Part shown: positions 51,126-60,436 of the stretch, piece by piece
Layout: every line of letters starts with the position of its first letter
Numbering within the stretch: the first letter of the stretch is position 1
Assembly (NCBI GenBank): GCA_964555135.1
Contig: CAZKRR010000001.1
Location: forward strand, 1,147 to 65,146
Length of the DNA stretch: 64,000 bases
Reading direction: 5' to 3'
Origin: an uncultured Nitrososphaeria archaeon
Lineage (GTDB): Archaea > Thermoproteota > Nitrososphaeria_A > Caldarchaeales > Wolframiiraptoraceae
Program-made: the position numbers and the translations under genes
Notes under the pieces: model-generated
What the model was told of the DNA's origin: nothing
The model's input: only the letters and a program-made list of their open reading frames with translations
Database searches by the model: none

Positions 51126-51908
51126 ATGATTCCTCAAGAAGACTCAGAGATTAGTCTTGAAGAATTATCATCAAGAATAGAGCTATTGGTCCAACTTGCT
51201 TATCCATCTAGAACGATCGATTACGCTAAGATGATATTAAGAGAACTAAGAGAGATTAATGTCGACGCAGTCTATATAGTTGATCAACCTAGGCCTTCTC
51301 TCAAACTTATCGGGAAAGGGTATAGAGGAGTCATATTAAAAGCTCGCTGGAAGAACAAGATCGTAGCGGGAAAAATTCTTAGAATTGACTCAGGAATATC
51401 TAGCCTAGTTAGAGAGGCTGAGATGATGAAGACCGTAAACTCTATAGAGATTGGACCACTATTATTTGATTATTCAGAGCATGTAATCTTGATGGAGTAT
51501 ATTCAAGGCATAGATCTAGATAGATGGTTGGAAAAGCTATCTCAAGATGATGTATACCCATTGAAAAAGGTTTTAGAGTCGATCCTTGCACAGGCTAGGA
51601 AGCTGGATTGTATCAACCTAGACCATGGAGAACTAAGTAATGCGAGAAGACATATTGTTATTAGAGAAGGATTACATCCAACAATTCTAGACTTCGGTAA
51701 AGCAAGAATAAGCTGTAAACCCAAGAATGTTACATCAATAGTAAGCTACCTAACATTTGGTCCACATCACAACAAGATCTTAGACATGCTAGAAGTAGAG
51801 GGTCTCCCGGTCTTAACTCTCAGGAGATACAGGGAAAATCCATGCGAAGAAAACTTTAAGAGTATTCTTAGAGGGTTAAATCTAACAAACATTGGCCTCC
51901 ATGGATAG
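51126..51908 (+). CDS. Ser/Thr protein kinase (RIO/Bud32-like archaeal family)
   Basis: IGKGYRG, MEYIQG, HGELS and ILDFG motifs. Confidence 0.85.
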   Translation: MIPQEDSEISLEELSSRIELLVQLAYPSRTIDYAKMILRELREINVDAVYIVDQPRPSLKLIGKGYRGVILKARWKNKIVAGKILRIDSGISSLVREAEMMKTVNSIEIGPLLFDYSEHVILMEYIQGIDLDRWLEKLSQDDVYPLKKVLESILAQARKLDCINLDHGELSNARRHIVIREGLHPTILDFGKARISCKPKNVTSIVSYLTFGPHHNKILDMLEVEGLPVLTLRRYRENPCEENFKSILRGLNLTNIGLHG

Positions 51909-51924
51909 TTGATAGGGTGTTTTT

Positions 51925-52644
51925 ATGAATGTGGAAAAGAAAAAGATTAGAGAGATGGTTTGGAATATTCTAGAAGAGAAGGGTGTAGCAAGATTTCCTA
52001 GACCAGTGTATGGGAGAATACCGAATTTTGAAGGTGCAGAGAATTCTTGCGAGAAGATAACAATTCTTGAAGAATATAAGAAAGCTACGGTTGTAAAGGT
52101 TAGCCCTGACTCCCCTCAATACTCGATTAGGTTGAGATGTTTGATCGATGGGAAAAAGCTTATAATGCCTACACCTAGGCTTAGAGAAGGTTTTCTCCTC
52201 CTAGATCCATCAAAGATTCCTAGGAGATACTATAAAAAAGCTGCAACAATAAGAGGAGCATTCAACTTTGGCGTGAAAGTTGATCCTGAAAACCTACCTA
52301 GGGTTGACTTCATTGTTATGGGCTCGGTTGCTGTAGGTAGGGACGGTTCTAGAATCGGAAAAGGTGAAGGATATGGAGAATTAGAATACGCATTACTAAA
52401 AGAGTATAATCGAGTAGGAGAAGAGGTAATTGTAGCAACTAATATTCATGATCTTCAATTATTTGATTCTGTTCCACAAGATCCCTACGATGTCCCTGTT
52501 GACGTAATTGCTACGCCGACTAGATTAGTCCGTATTCCCTTTAGTAGACCTAAACCTAAAGGTGTAATCTGGGAATTGTTGAGTGATGAGAAGCTAGAAG
52601 AGATACCTCTTCTTAAGACTTTGAGAGAGAAGAGGAAAGCGTAG
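51925..52644 (+). CDS. 5-formyltetrahydrofolate cyclo-ligase-like protein (COG0212/MTHFSD type)
   Basis: RIPNFEGA, PDSPQ, MPTPRL, RIGKGEGY.ELEY and DVPVD motifs. Confidence 0.9.
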   Translation: MNVEKKKIREMVWNILEEKGVARFPRPVYGRIPNFEGAENSCEKITILEEYKKATVVKVSPDSPQYSIRLRCLIDGKKLIMPTPRLREGFLLLDPSKIPRRYYKKAATIRGAFNFGVKVDPENLPRVDFIVMGSVAVGRDGSRIGKGEGYGELEYALLKEYNRVGEEVIVATNIHDLQLFDSVPQDPYDVPVDVIATPTRLVRIPFSRPKPKGVIWELLSDEKLEEIPLLKTLREKRKA

Positions 52645-52655
52645 TTTGAATATTG

Positions 52656-53165
52656 TTAGTAGGCTGTAACGCTTTTGACATAAGGTATCTTTAGCATCTT
52701 GTTTACTCCTTCTCCAGATAATGGCTTATCTAATATGAGTATCAGCTTAGGCTCAGGAAAGAGTTCAGGATCTTCTGCGACAGCCTGCCTGATAGAGATA
52801 TTCTCTTCTGCGGCTATCTTGGCTGCTCCAGCAAGTATTCCAGGTGCAGTAGGATCAGCTCTAATCTCTACGACGAAATATCCAAGTTCTTTAGCTATAG
52901 GTGCTAGTAGAGCGCCTGCTGGTCTAAGACCAGTAAAGATTCTTCTAAGCTCCTTATCTTGAAGAATGTATTCAACGGTTTTCTTAACTATTCTTCTATC
53001 GACTCCTGCTGCTCTAGCAATTGATACTTCGGGTATCTCTACTGGACCGATAGTTATCTTTCCATCCTCTGTAACACCTATTCCATACTCGATCAAAATT
53101 CTTATCACATTTAACCTAGCAGGATAATTTTTCAGTTTTTCAGATATTTTCTTCCACATGCGCAA
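52656..53165 (-). CDS. ACT-domain regulator of amino-acid metabolism (COG2150-like)
   Basis: IARAAGVDRRIV HTH, PGILA...ISIRQAVAEDPEL. Confidence 0.88.
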   Translation of the reverse strand: MRMWKKISEKLKNYPARLNVIRILIEYGIGVTEDGKITIGPVEIPEVSIARAAGVDRRIVKKTVEYILQDKELRRIFTGLRPAGALLAPIAKELGYFVVEIRADPTAPGILAGAAKIAAEENISIRQAVAEDPELFPEPKLILILDKPLSGEGVNKMLKIPYVKSVTAY

Positions 53166-53284
53166 ATATACTCCCTATTATACATATATATGCATTTAAT
53201 ATTTAATATGCATTGTGGATGAATCATCTAGCGGATTAAGGTATAAATATGAGCATCGATGTTATTATCGGTACAGTGATGAGC

Positions 53285-54679
53285 ATGAGTAGAAAGATAT
53301 TCATAACTGAGGAAGAAATTCCAAAGTATTGGTATAATATATTGCCAGATCTGCCAAAACCTCTACCGCCGCCGATAGACCCTTCAACTAGAGAACCAGT
53401 CGACCCGAGAAAGCTGGAAGCGATCTTTCCTAGAATACTAATACAGCAAGAACTATCACAGGAAAGGTGGATACCTATACCTGAAGAAGTTAGAGAAGCA
53501 TATACTATCTGGAGACCAACCCCCCTGTATCGAGCTGTAAGACTTGAGAGAGCTCTTAAGACGCCTGCAAGAATATATTATAAATATGAAGGGGTTAGCC
53601 CACCTGGCTCGCATAAACCGAATACAGCCGTAGCTCAAGCATACTATAATATGAAAGAAGGAGTACAAGTATTGGCAACAGAGACTGGGGCTGGACAATG
53701 GGGTTCAGCATTAGCATTTGCTACTAACTTCTTCGGGATGAAGGCTAGAATCTACATGGTTAAGGTAAGTTACGAGCAGAAACCATACAGGAAGATAATG
53801 ATGGAGGCTTGGGGCGCAGAAGTTTTAGCAAGTCCAAGCAATAGAACTAGGATTGGTCGGTCAATACTGAAAGAAGATCCGAATAATCCTGGAAGTCTAG
53901 GAATAGCCATAAGCGAAGCGATTGAAGATGCATTAACACATGAAGGTGTCAAATATTCCTTGGGAAGCGTATTAAACCATGTACTCCTACATCAAACAGT
54001 TCAAGGTCTAGAAGCTAAGAAGCAACTAGAGATAATCGATGAATATCCAGACATAGTGGCTGGATGCGTTGGAGGAGGAAGTAGTTTCTCAGGATTGTTC
54101 TGGCCATTTTACTATGACGTAGTCTCTGGGAAAGCTCCAAAGAAGATAAAGTTCGTTGCTACTGAGCCGACTGCATGCCCAACTATGACCAAGGGAATTT
54201 ATACTTATGATTTTGGAGACACGGCTAAACTAACACCTCTTCTACCAATGTATACATTAGGCTCTGACTTTATACCTCCACCGATCCATGCAGGAGGCTT
54301 AAGATATCATGGTGATGCCCCAACCCTGTGCCTACTCTTAAAAGAAGGCTATATAGAGCCTAGAGCATACGACCAAGTATCAGTATTCGAGGCCGCAACA
54401 TTATTCGCCAAGACTGAAGGCATCATACCGGCTCCTGAACCTTCACATACGATAAGATATGTTATTGATGAAGCATTAAAAGCAAAAGAGACAGGAGAGG
54501 AAAAAATTATCTTATTCAACCTATGTGGTCATGGATACTTTGATCTAAAAGCATATCAAGAATTCTTTGAAGGAAATCTTAAACCATTCGACTATCCAGA
54601 AGACAAGATAAAAGAGTCCATACAGAAGCTAATAAAAGAATATCCTTGGATACAGGAGATATCCTATGTTAAAAGTTAA
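53285..54679 (+). CDS. trpB2: TrpB2-type tryptophan synthase beta chain
   Basis: [31 protein letters not shown] and HAGGLRYHG motifs; no trpA nearby. Confidence 0.95.
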   Translation: MSRKIFITEEEIPKYWYNILPDLPKPLPPPIDPSTREPVDPRKLEAIFPRILIQQELSQERWIPIPEEVREAYTIWRPTPLYRAVRLERALKTPARIYYKYEGVSPPGSHKPNTAVAQAYYNMKEGVQVLATETGAGQWGSALAFATNFFGMKARIYMVKVSYEQKPYRKIMMEAWGAEVLASPSNRTRIGRSILKEDPNNPGSLGIAISEAIEDALTHEGVKYSLGSVLNHVLLHQTVQGLEAKKQLEIIDEYPDIVAGCVGGGSSFSGLFWPFYYDVVSGKAPKKIKFVATEPTACPTMTKGIYTYDFGDTAKLTPLLPMYTLGSDFIPPPIHAGGLRYHGDAPTLCLLLKEGYIEPRAYDQVSVFEAATLFAKTEGIIPAPEPSHTIRYVIDEALKAKETGEEKIILFNLCGHGYFDLKAYQEFFEGNLKPFDYPEDKIKESIQKLIKEYPWIQEISYVKS

Positions 54680-54723
54680 GTATAGGCTATCTCATAAAAT
54701 ATGGAAGAAGTAGGGGGTGCGTA

Positions 54724-55668
54724 ATATTTCAGGTAAAGATCCTTATAACGGACCACCTACACGAGGACGCTATAAACTCTCTATCTACTTATAGAGATAT
54801 ATCTTTCGATTATATGCCTGAGATCTCAAAAGAGCATCTTCTAAACATAATAGAATATTATGATGGATTAATTGCTAGAGATAGAACCAAGATTACAGGA
54901 GAAATCCTAGATAGAGCTAAAAAACTCAAAGTAATCGTTAGAGCTGGAAGCGGACTGGACAACATCGACTTAGAGAAAGCATCCATTCTTGGAATTAAGG
55001 TAATGAATGTTCCATCCGAGATCGCAGACTCTGTAGCAGAATTAACAATAGGCTTAATGATTATGCTCTCTAGGAAACTCTATAAAGCAGTCGAATCTTT
55101 AAAGAAAGGTGAGTGGATTAAGAATCAATTAATCGGACGAGAGCTGAGAGATAAGAAGATAGGTATAATAGGTGTAGGAAACATAGGATCTAAAGTCGCT
55201 AGACTTGCATATTGTTTTGGAATGAAACCCTTACTAAGAGATATCATTAAACTTGACGAAGAATTTGTAAGAAGAGTAAACGGAGAAGTTGTTACACTTG
55301 ATGAACTATTAAAAGAATCGGATTATGTTACTTTGCATGTTCCCTTAACCAAGAGCACTCAGAGAATGATAAGCGAAAGAGAATTAAAGCTTATGAAAGA
55401 AACAGCATTCTTGATAAATACTGCTCGTGGGAAAGTAGTAGATCATGAAGCACTCTATAAAGCCCTGGTAAATGGCTGGATAGCTGGAGCTGCATTAGAT
55501 GTCTATGAGGTTGAGCCTCCAGCAGGCTTAGAATTATTAAGATTAGAAAACGTTATCTGCACACCCCACATAGGCGCTCAGACAGTAGAAGCTAGAAGAA
55601 GAGCCTCAATTAAGGCTATACAACTAGCAGTAGACTATCTTCAACAAGTTATATGCCGAGAGATATAG
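54724..55668 (+). CDS. serA: D-3-phosphoglycerate dehydrogenase-like 2-hydroxyacid dehydrogenase
   Basis: RAGSGLDNID, GVGNIG, INTARG, TPHIGAQT; the conserved N-terminus KILITD lies upstream of the first ATG (54814). Confidence 0.8.
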   Translation: MFQVKILITDHLHEDAINSLSTYRDISFDYMPEISKEHLLNIIEYYDGLIARDRTKITGEILDRAKKLKVIVRAGSGLDNIDLEKASILGIKVMNVPSEIADSVAELTIGLMIMLSRKLYKAVESLKKGEWIKNQLIGRELRDKKIGIIGVGNIGSKVARLAYCFGMKPLLRDIIKLDEEFVRRVNGEVVTLDELLKESDYVTLHVPLTKSTQRMISERELKLMKETAFLINTARGKVVDHEALYKALVNGWIAGAALDVYEVEPPAGLELLRLENVICTPHIGAQTVEARRRASIKAIQLAVDYLQQVICREI

Positions 55669-55677
55669 TGATGTTGC

Positions 55678-56781
55678 ATGAAGATATTGATGACCCCGGG
55701 TCCTGTAGATCTACATCCTAGAGTTAGAAGAGCTATGTCAAGACAAGCTATCAGTCACAGGTCTACTGAATTTCATCAGCTAACAGAGTCAATAATCGAG
55801 AATGCGAGAAAAATCTTTAAGACAAGCGGAGATATATTTATTCTAACATCATCAGGAACACTTGCCGTAGAATGTGCTTTAGCAAATCTAGTAGATCCAG
55901 GAGACACATTATTCATACCAGTTTACGGAGTATTTGGAAAGAGGATGGCTGAATCAGCTGAACAATATGGAGGAAGAGTCGTAAATATTGAGTTAGAATG
56001 GAATAAAGCTTTAAGTGTTGAAGAGCTTGAAGAAGTTCTCACTCAAGATAATAATATAGAGATAGTATCACTGGTTCATAATGAGACCTCAACTGGAACG
56101 ATGATTAAAGATTTATCAAGAATATCAGAGATAGTAAAAAACCATGGTAAACTCTTAGTAGTCGATGCAGTATCCTCTCTTGGCGGAGTCCCAATACTAG
56201 TAGAGAAACTTGGAATAGATATATGTCTAACAGGTTCCCAGAAATGCTTAGCTGGACCACCTGGAATATCGCTAGTTTCTGTAAGCGATGAAGCATGGAG
56301 AAAGATTCTATCAAAATCTTCTAAAACTCCCTCCTACATAGATTTAAAGAAGTATCGCCAATTCATGGAGAAGCTTGAAACTCCTTTCACACCAGCAGTA
56401 AATCTAATGTATGGTCTAGATGAAGCATTAAAGATAATAATTGAGAAAGGAGTAGAAAACTGGTGGAGAAATCATCATGAATGCTCCCAGTTCCTCTATG
56501 AAGAATTAGAATCTTCAGGGTTAACCATACATCCCATCAAAGATTATAGATCCATAACGGTTGCAGCTGCTTCTCCACCTCAAGGTATCAACCCTAAGGT
56601 ATTAGTTGAAGAAATGGAGCATCAAGGAGTAACGATTGCAGAAGGAATGGATAAGCTGAAAGATAAAATAATAAGAATTGCATGTATGGGTAACATAAAC
56701 AAGAAGAAGATAAAATATGCAATAAACAAACTGAATGATGCAGTAGAGAAGATAAAGAAGAGAGATCTTGCTAACCCTTAA
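55678..56781 (+). CDS. Class V PLP aminotransferase (serine-pyruvate/phosphoserine type)
   Basis: MTPGP, SHRS, HNETSTG, DAVSS, GSQKCL..PPG and TPFTP motifs. Confidence 0.92.
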   Translation: MKILMTPGPVDLHPRVRRAMSRQAISHRSTEFHQLTESIIENARKIFKTSGDIFILTSSGTLAVECALANLVDPGDTLFIPVYGVFGKRMAESAEQYGGRVVNIELEWNKALSVEELEEVLTQDNNIEIVSLVHNETSTGTMIKDLSRISEIVKNHGKLLVVDAVSSLGGVPILVEKLGIDICLTGSQKCLAGPPGISLVSVSDEAWRKILSKSSKTPSYIDLKKYRQFMEKLETPFTPAVNLMYGLDEALKIIIEKGVENWWRNHHECSQFLYEELESSGLTIHPIKDYRSITVAAASPPQGINPKVLVEEMEHQGVTIAEGMDKLKDKIIRIACMGNINKKKIKYAINKLNDAVEKIKKRDLANP

Positions 56782-56810
56782 ATTGAACAAATAAGTCATC
56801 CTAGATCGGT

Positions 56811-56904
56811 GGGGCCGTGGTCTAGCTTGGCTATGACTCCAGCCTGGGGAACATCCAGATGTATAGAACGCTGGAAATCCTGGGTTCGAATCCCAGCGGC
56901 CCCA
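56811..56904 (+). tRNA. tRNA-Pro(GGG) with a 19-nt intron at 37/38 (56850-56868)
   Basis: Acceptor stem GGGGCCG/CGGCCCC; anticodon stem CCAGC/GCTGG; T-arm CTGGG-TTCGAAT-CCCAG; CCA not encoded. Confidence 0.93.
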
Positions 56905-57169
56905 CCTCCCCCATAACAGTAAAATATACATAGATATTCATTGGCTCCAAATCTCGTTAGCTAAGATATTCCATCTAAAGATGATAGGGTAGTTAAACTT
57001 AGGATACGCCTACAATGCGGTAGAGCCTATTTCACATACCCAAGGACAACGCTATCCCAATTCTTATTAGTAGGTCGAAGGTGTCTGGAATAGTGTATCT
57101 AATGTATTAGTATCCATGAGAAGGTAAGGAGATACAGAATTTAGAGATGAATTCTAGTGTTAACTTTAG

Positions 57170-57864
57170 GCAGAAGTGTTCCCTCTATGCAGAGAATGTA
57201 TTTTAGTTTTCTCTAGATTGTTGAGGAATATCTCAACACGATTCTCCCTATTATTCTTAGCCATATCTTTTAAATATCTTGCTTTTTGTATGTTCCTTTT
57301 TTAATCAATGTTTTAAAATGACCGTATGAACCAGTAGGATGTGGAACTCCAATTATGAAGTGGTCTGGATATCTAAAGCAGAGTGCTTCGAACGTTCTTC
57401 TTCCTAATGCAATTATAGGAATACCTTTTCCAAAGAATTCGTCGGCTAAGCTTATTTCTCGGTCTAGAAATCTCTTCATACAAGTCACTAATGTAGAAAT
57501 AGGTAAAGCTTTCCGCTTCTTTCTACTTTTCTCACATTTACATAATTCTGTCCATAGAATAGGAATAGATTCTTTAAATTCAAGGAACTCCTTAACGAAT
57601 TCTCTTGAATCTTTATAGTATTTTATGTTTCTAAAATTCTTATGCCAGTAATTTACCCACTCTTCATACGTGGGGTTCTCCCTAACATATTGTATTTCTT
57701 TTTCCCTCGCATTTCCAGGATTGATCCCTACTATTATGCATTCAGGCTTCCCTGATCCATCAAATACCTTTTTCACGATCATTGAGCACGACTCTACATC
57801 TTAAAGAACAGTTAAGAATCTCTTCACCAATCTTGTAAATCTCGTCTCTAAACGACCTATACAT
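57170..57864 (-). pseudogene. Uracil-DNA glycosylase superfamily gene, disrupted
   Basis: IIVGINPG, TELCKC, IIALGR and VPHPTG motifs; the N-terminal piece (MYRSFRDE..C..C) is in another frame, and there is a probable second frameshift in the A-run near 57285. Confidence 0.65.
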
Positions 57865-58258
57865 GTTTCAACGATACCAGTAATCGGTAAAAACTTATTT
57901 AAACTCTCAATGGTGCTGTAACCTTAAGCTTTCTCATCCATCTCTGCTTATAGATATCTTAAACAAACATTAGTGAGAATCCTACTTCTCTTCTCTTCTC
58001 TTACAAAATAAATATTATTTTTATTTTGTCTGAAACAATTATTATACGATGAAGAAGTAGAGGTCTTCTAACATAAAACAACAGGTAAAGCATGGTGGTT
58101 CAAGAGTCTACAGCATACGTCTTTTCCAAGAAGGACTCCATACTATCTCGACACTTTATTTTGATATGTGAGTTAGAACATTAAATTTTTTATGGATTTC
58201 ATTGTTAGAGGCTTAAAATCTTATAACTACCTTTTTTCAAATTTGTTATCGAAATAGT

Positions 58259-60436
58259 ATGATGAAGGCTCTTGCATTTGTCTTGATAGTACTGCTTATT
58301 GCATCTTTCTATACAGCAGCTACTCAGAATATAACTTCTAGGTTAGATGAATTCACCGTCCAAGGATATGGGAGAGAGATATGTTTTAGGCTACTGACCC
58401 CTATTGTAGATTTGCTGTCTGGACCTGTATGGCTTAGAATGCTAGGTATCGATGTATACGAGTCAACGGTGAGTTCTGCAGTGTCCCTTTCTCAAGCAGG
58501 TGGTTTACCTATCCAGCTTCCATATAGAGTTCCATCTCCAAAGTTTAGTAGAAATCTCTTAATCTCAATAGATGTTAGTAGAATACCGTATCAAGCTGAG
58601 ACAAGCATAGTTGTTAATCCTCTGAATCCAGATAATATTGTAATCGGTATGAATGACTACGGTGTTTATGGTCCCTCAGCTTACGTAAGCATAGATGGTG
58701 GTGAAAGATGGGATGGTCCATTCGCTATGACTCCGCTCTTAAAAGATGATTACGGCTCAGACGTGTCCCTCGCATTTGACAGAGAAGGAAGAGTATACTT
58801 TGCATACATGTCTATAGGATTCAAATATGTTACTGTAAATAGAGTAGTCTTTGGAGATGAGAAAGCAAGCATAGTTGTCTCAAGATCCGATGATGGAGGA
58901 TTTAGATGGAGTCCACCGACAGTAGCAGCCGTTGGAGATATCTATGCTCACGGAAATGAAGTAGTCATAGTATTTCTTGATAGACCTAGGATAGCCATAG
59001 GTCCTGACCCATCAAACTTGAATAGAGATAGAATATATGTAACATATACAGAGTTTGTTCTTAGATATCCTCTTATCTCTGAGTACCCATACGTTCTCGC
59101 CCCAACGGTCAGTGTAACCATCAAGCTAGTATATTCAACTGATGGTGGAGAGACGTGGAGTTCGCCGAGGCCTGTAAGTCCAACCTACTCTCATATTCTA
59201 GGAGAAGAGAGAAGAAGAATTGTTCAAGGATCTAACCCTAAAGTCGGTAGAGATGGAACACTATACGTTGCCTACTATGACTCCTTAGATGAGGGACCAT
59301 GGGATGGTCTTTTCGCTCCAACAATAGTTAGAAGTAAAGATGGAGGTAGAACATTTACAAAACCCATCCATGTAGATTATCTTCCAGAAATGGATTATGA
59401 ACTTCCTCCAACACTCTTTAGAGCATGGGTCTCTATGATGCCTCAGATAGATGTTGGACCAAACGAAGAAGTATACTTGGTTGTAGCTGCTAAACCAGAT
59501 GATTCAGACATATTCTTCTACAGATCTCTTGATGGAGGAGAGTCATGGAGCATAGCTAGAAAGCTTAATGATGATAAGACTAACCGAGACCAGTTTATTC
59601 CAGCTATAGCTGTCAGCCCTAATGGAACGATCCATGTTTCATGGGCTGATAGAAGAGATGACCCCAAAGATGTAGAGTATCATATATACTATACAAAGTC
59701 TTCGGACAGGGGAGAGAAGTGGATGGAGAATGCAAGAGTTACAGATTATCCTTCAAACCCAAACTATGGATTATACCTCTATATTGGCGACTACTTTAGC
59801 ATTGCTGCAACAGATGAAGAAGTATATGTTTCTTGGACAGATACAAGGCTTGGAAGACCATATTCTCCAAACATGAAGATAGGGTTTGCCAGAACTAGGC
59901 ATATCCCACTTCCATCAATATTAGTATCTCCACCAAGCGGTCATGCAGGTCAGGAGATAACTATAATAGGCGAGAACTTCATACCCAATGGAGAAGTATA
60001 CATAAGAGTTGGAGATGCTTATCTATCGGCTGTAAGATCTGATAGAGATGGAAAATTCCAAACAAGGATCTTTATGCCGATCTTAGGAGAAGCCCCCTAC
60101 AAGATCGAAGTAATTGATGCATCTGGAAATAGAGCTGAAACATACTTCTACTGTGAGTTAGGCATAGATACCCTAAAGAAGAACATAGACTTGATGATAG
60201 GAGAATTCGATAAGATAATTAGAAAAACCACCCCTGGAAATATTTCAAGTACTATAGATAAGAGCTATGAAGAAGTTCTTAAATCCCTAAGAATACTTGA
60301 AGACAAGATAGAGAAGATCGAATCTGAATACTCATACATGAAGGATCTATCATACCTGCTACTAAGCCTTCTAGCCATATTATGTATAGTAGTTTTACTA
60401 TTGACTTGGAAGTTTCGGAGGGTTAGAAAAGAATGA
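58259..60436 (+). CDS. Membrane-anchored Asp-box (BNR/sialidase-like) beta-propeller protein
   Basis: Six S-x-D-x-G-x-x-W/F repeats, an Ig-like domain, a coiled coil and a C-terminal TM. Confidence 0.85.
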   Translation: MMKALAFVLIVLLIASFYTAATQNITSRLDEFTVQGYGREICFRLLTPIVDLLSGPVWLRMLGIDVYESTVSSAVSLSQAGGLPIQLPYRVPSPKFSRNLLISIDVSRIPYQAETSIVVNPLNPDNIVIGMNDYGVYGPSAYVSIDGGERWDGPFAMTPLLKDDYGSDVSLAFDREGRVYFAYMSIGFKYVTVNRVVFGDEKASIVVSRSDDGGFRWSPPTVAAVGDIYAHGNEVVIVFLDRPRIAIGPDPSNLNRDRIYVTYTEFVLRYPLISEYPYVLAPTVSVTIKLVYSTDGGETWSSPRPVSPTYSHILGEERRRIVQGSNPKVGRDGTLYVAYYDSLDEGPWDGLFAPTIVRSKDGGRTFTKPIHVDYLPEMDYELPPTLFRAWVSMMPQIDVGPNEEVYLVVAAKPDDSDIFFYRSLDGGESWSIARKLNDDKTNRDQFIPAIAVSPNGTIHVSWADRRDDPKDVEYHIYYTKSSDRGEKWMENARVTDYPSNPNYGLYLYIGDYFSIAATDEEVYVSWTDTRLGRPYSPNMKIGFARTRHIPLPSILVSPPSGHAGQEITIIGENFIPNGEVYIRVGDAYLSAVRSDRDGKFQTRIFMPILGEAPYKIEVIDASGNRAETYFYCELGIDTLKKNIDLMIGEFDKIIRKTTPGNISSTIDKSYEEVLKSLRILEDKIEKIESEYSYMKDLSYLLLSLLAILCIVVLLLTWKFRRVRKE

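Noticed and set aside
56602..56931. 109-aa minus-strand ORF
   Set aside because: It is the antisense reading of tRNA-Pro and the aminotransferase 3' end (RWDSNP is the typical tRNA antisense translation)
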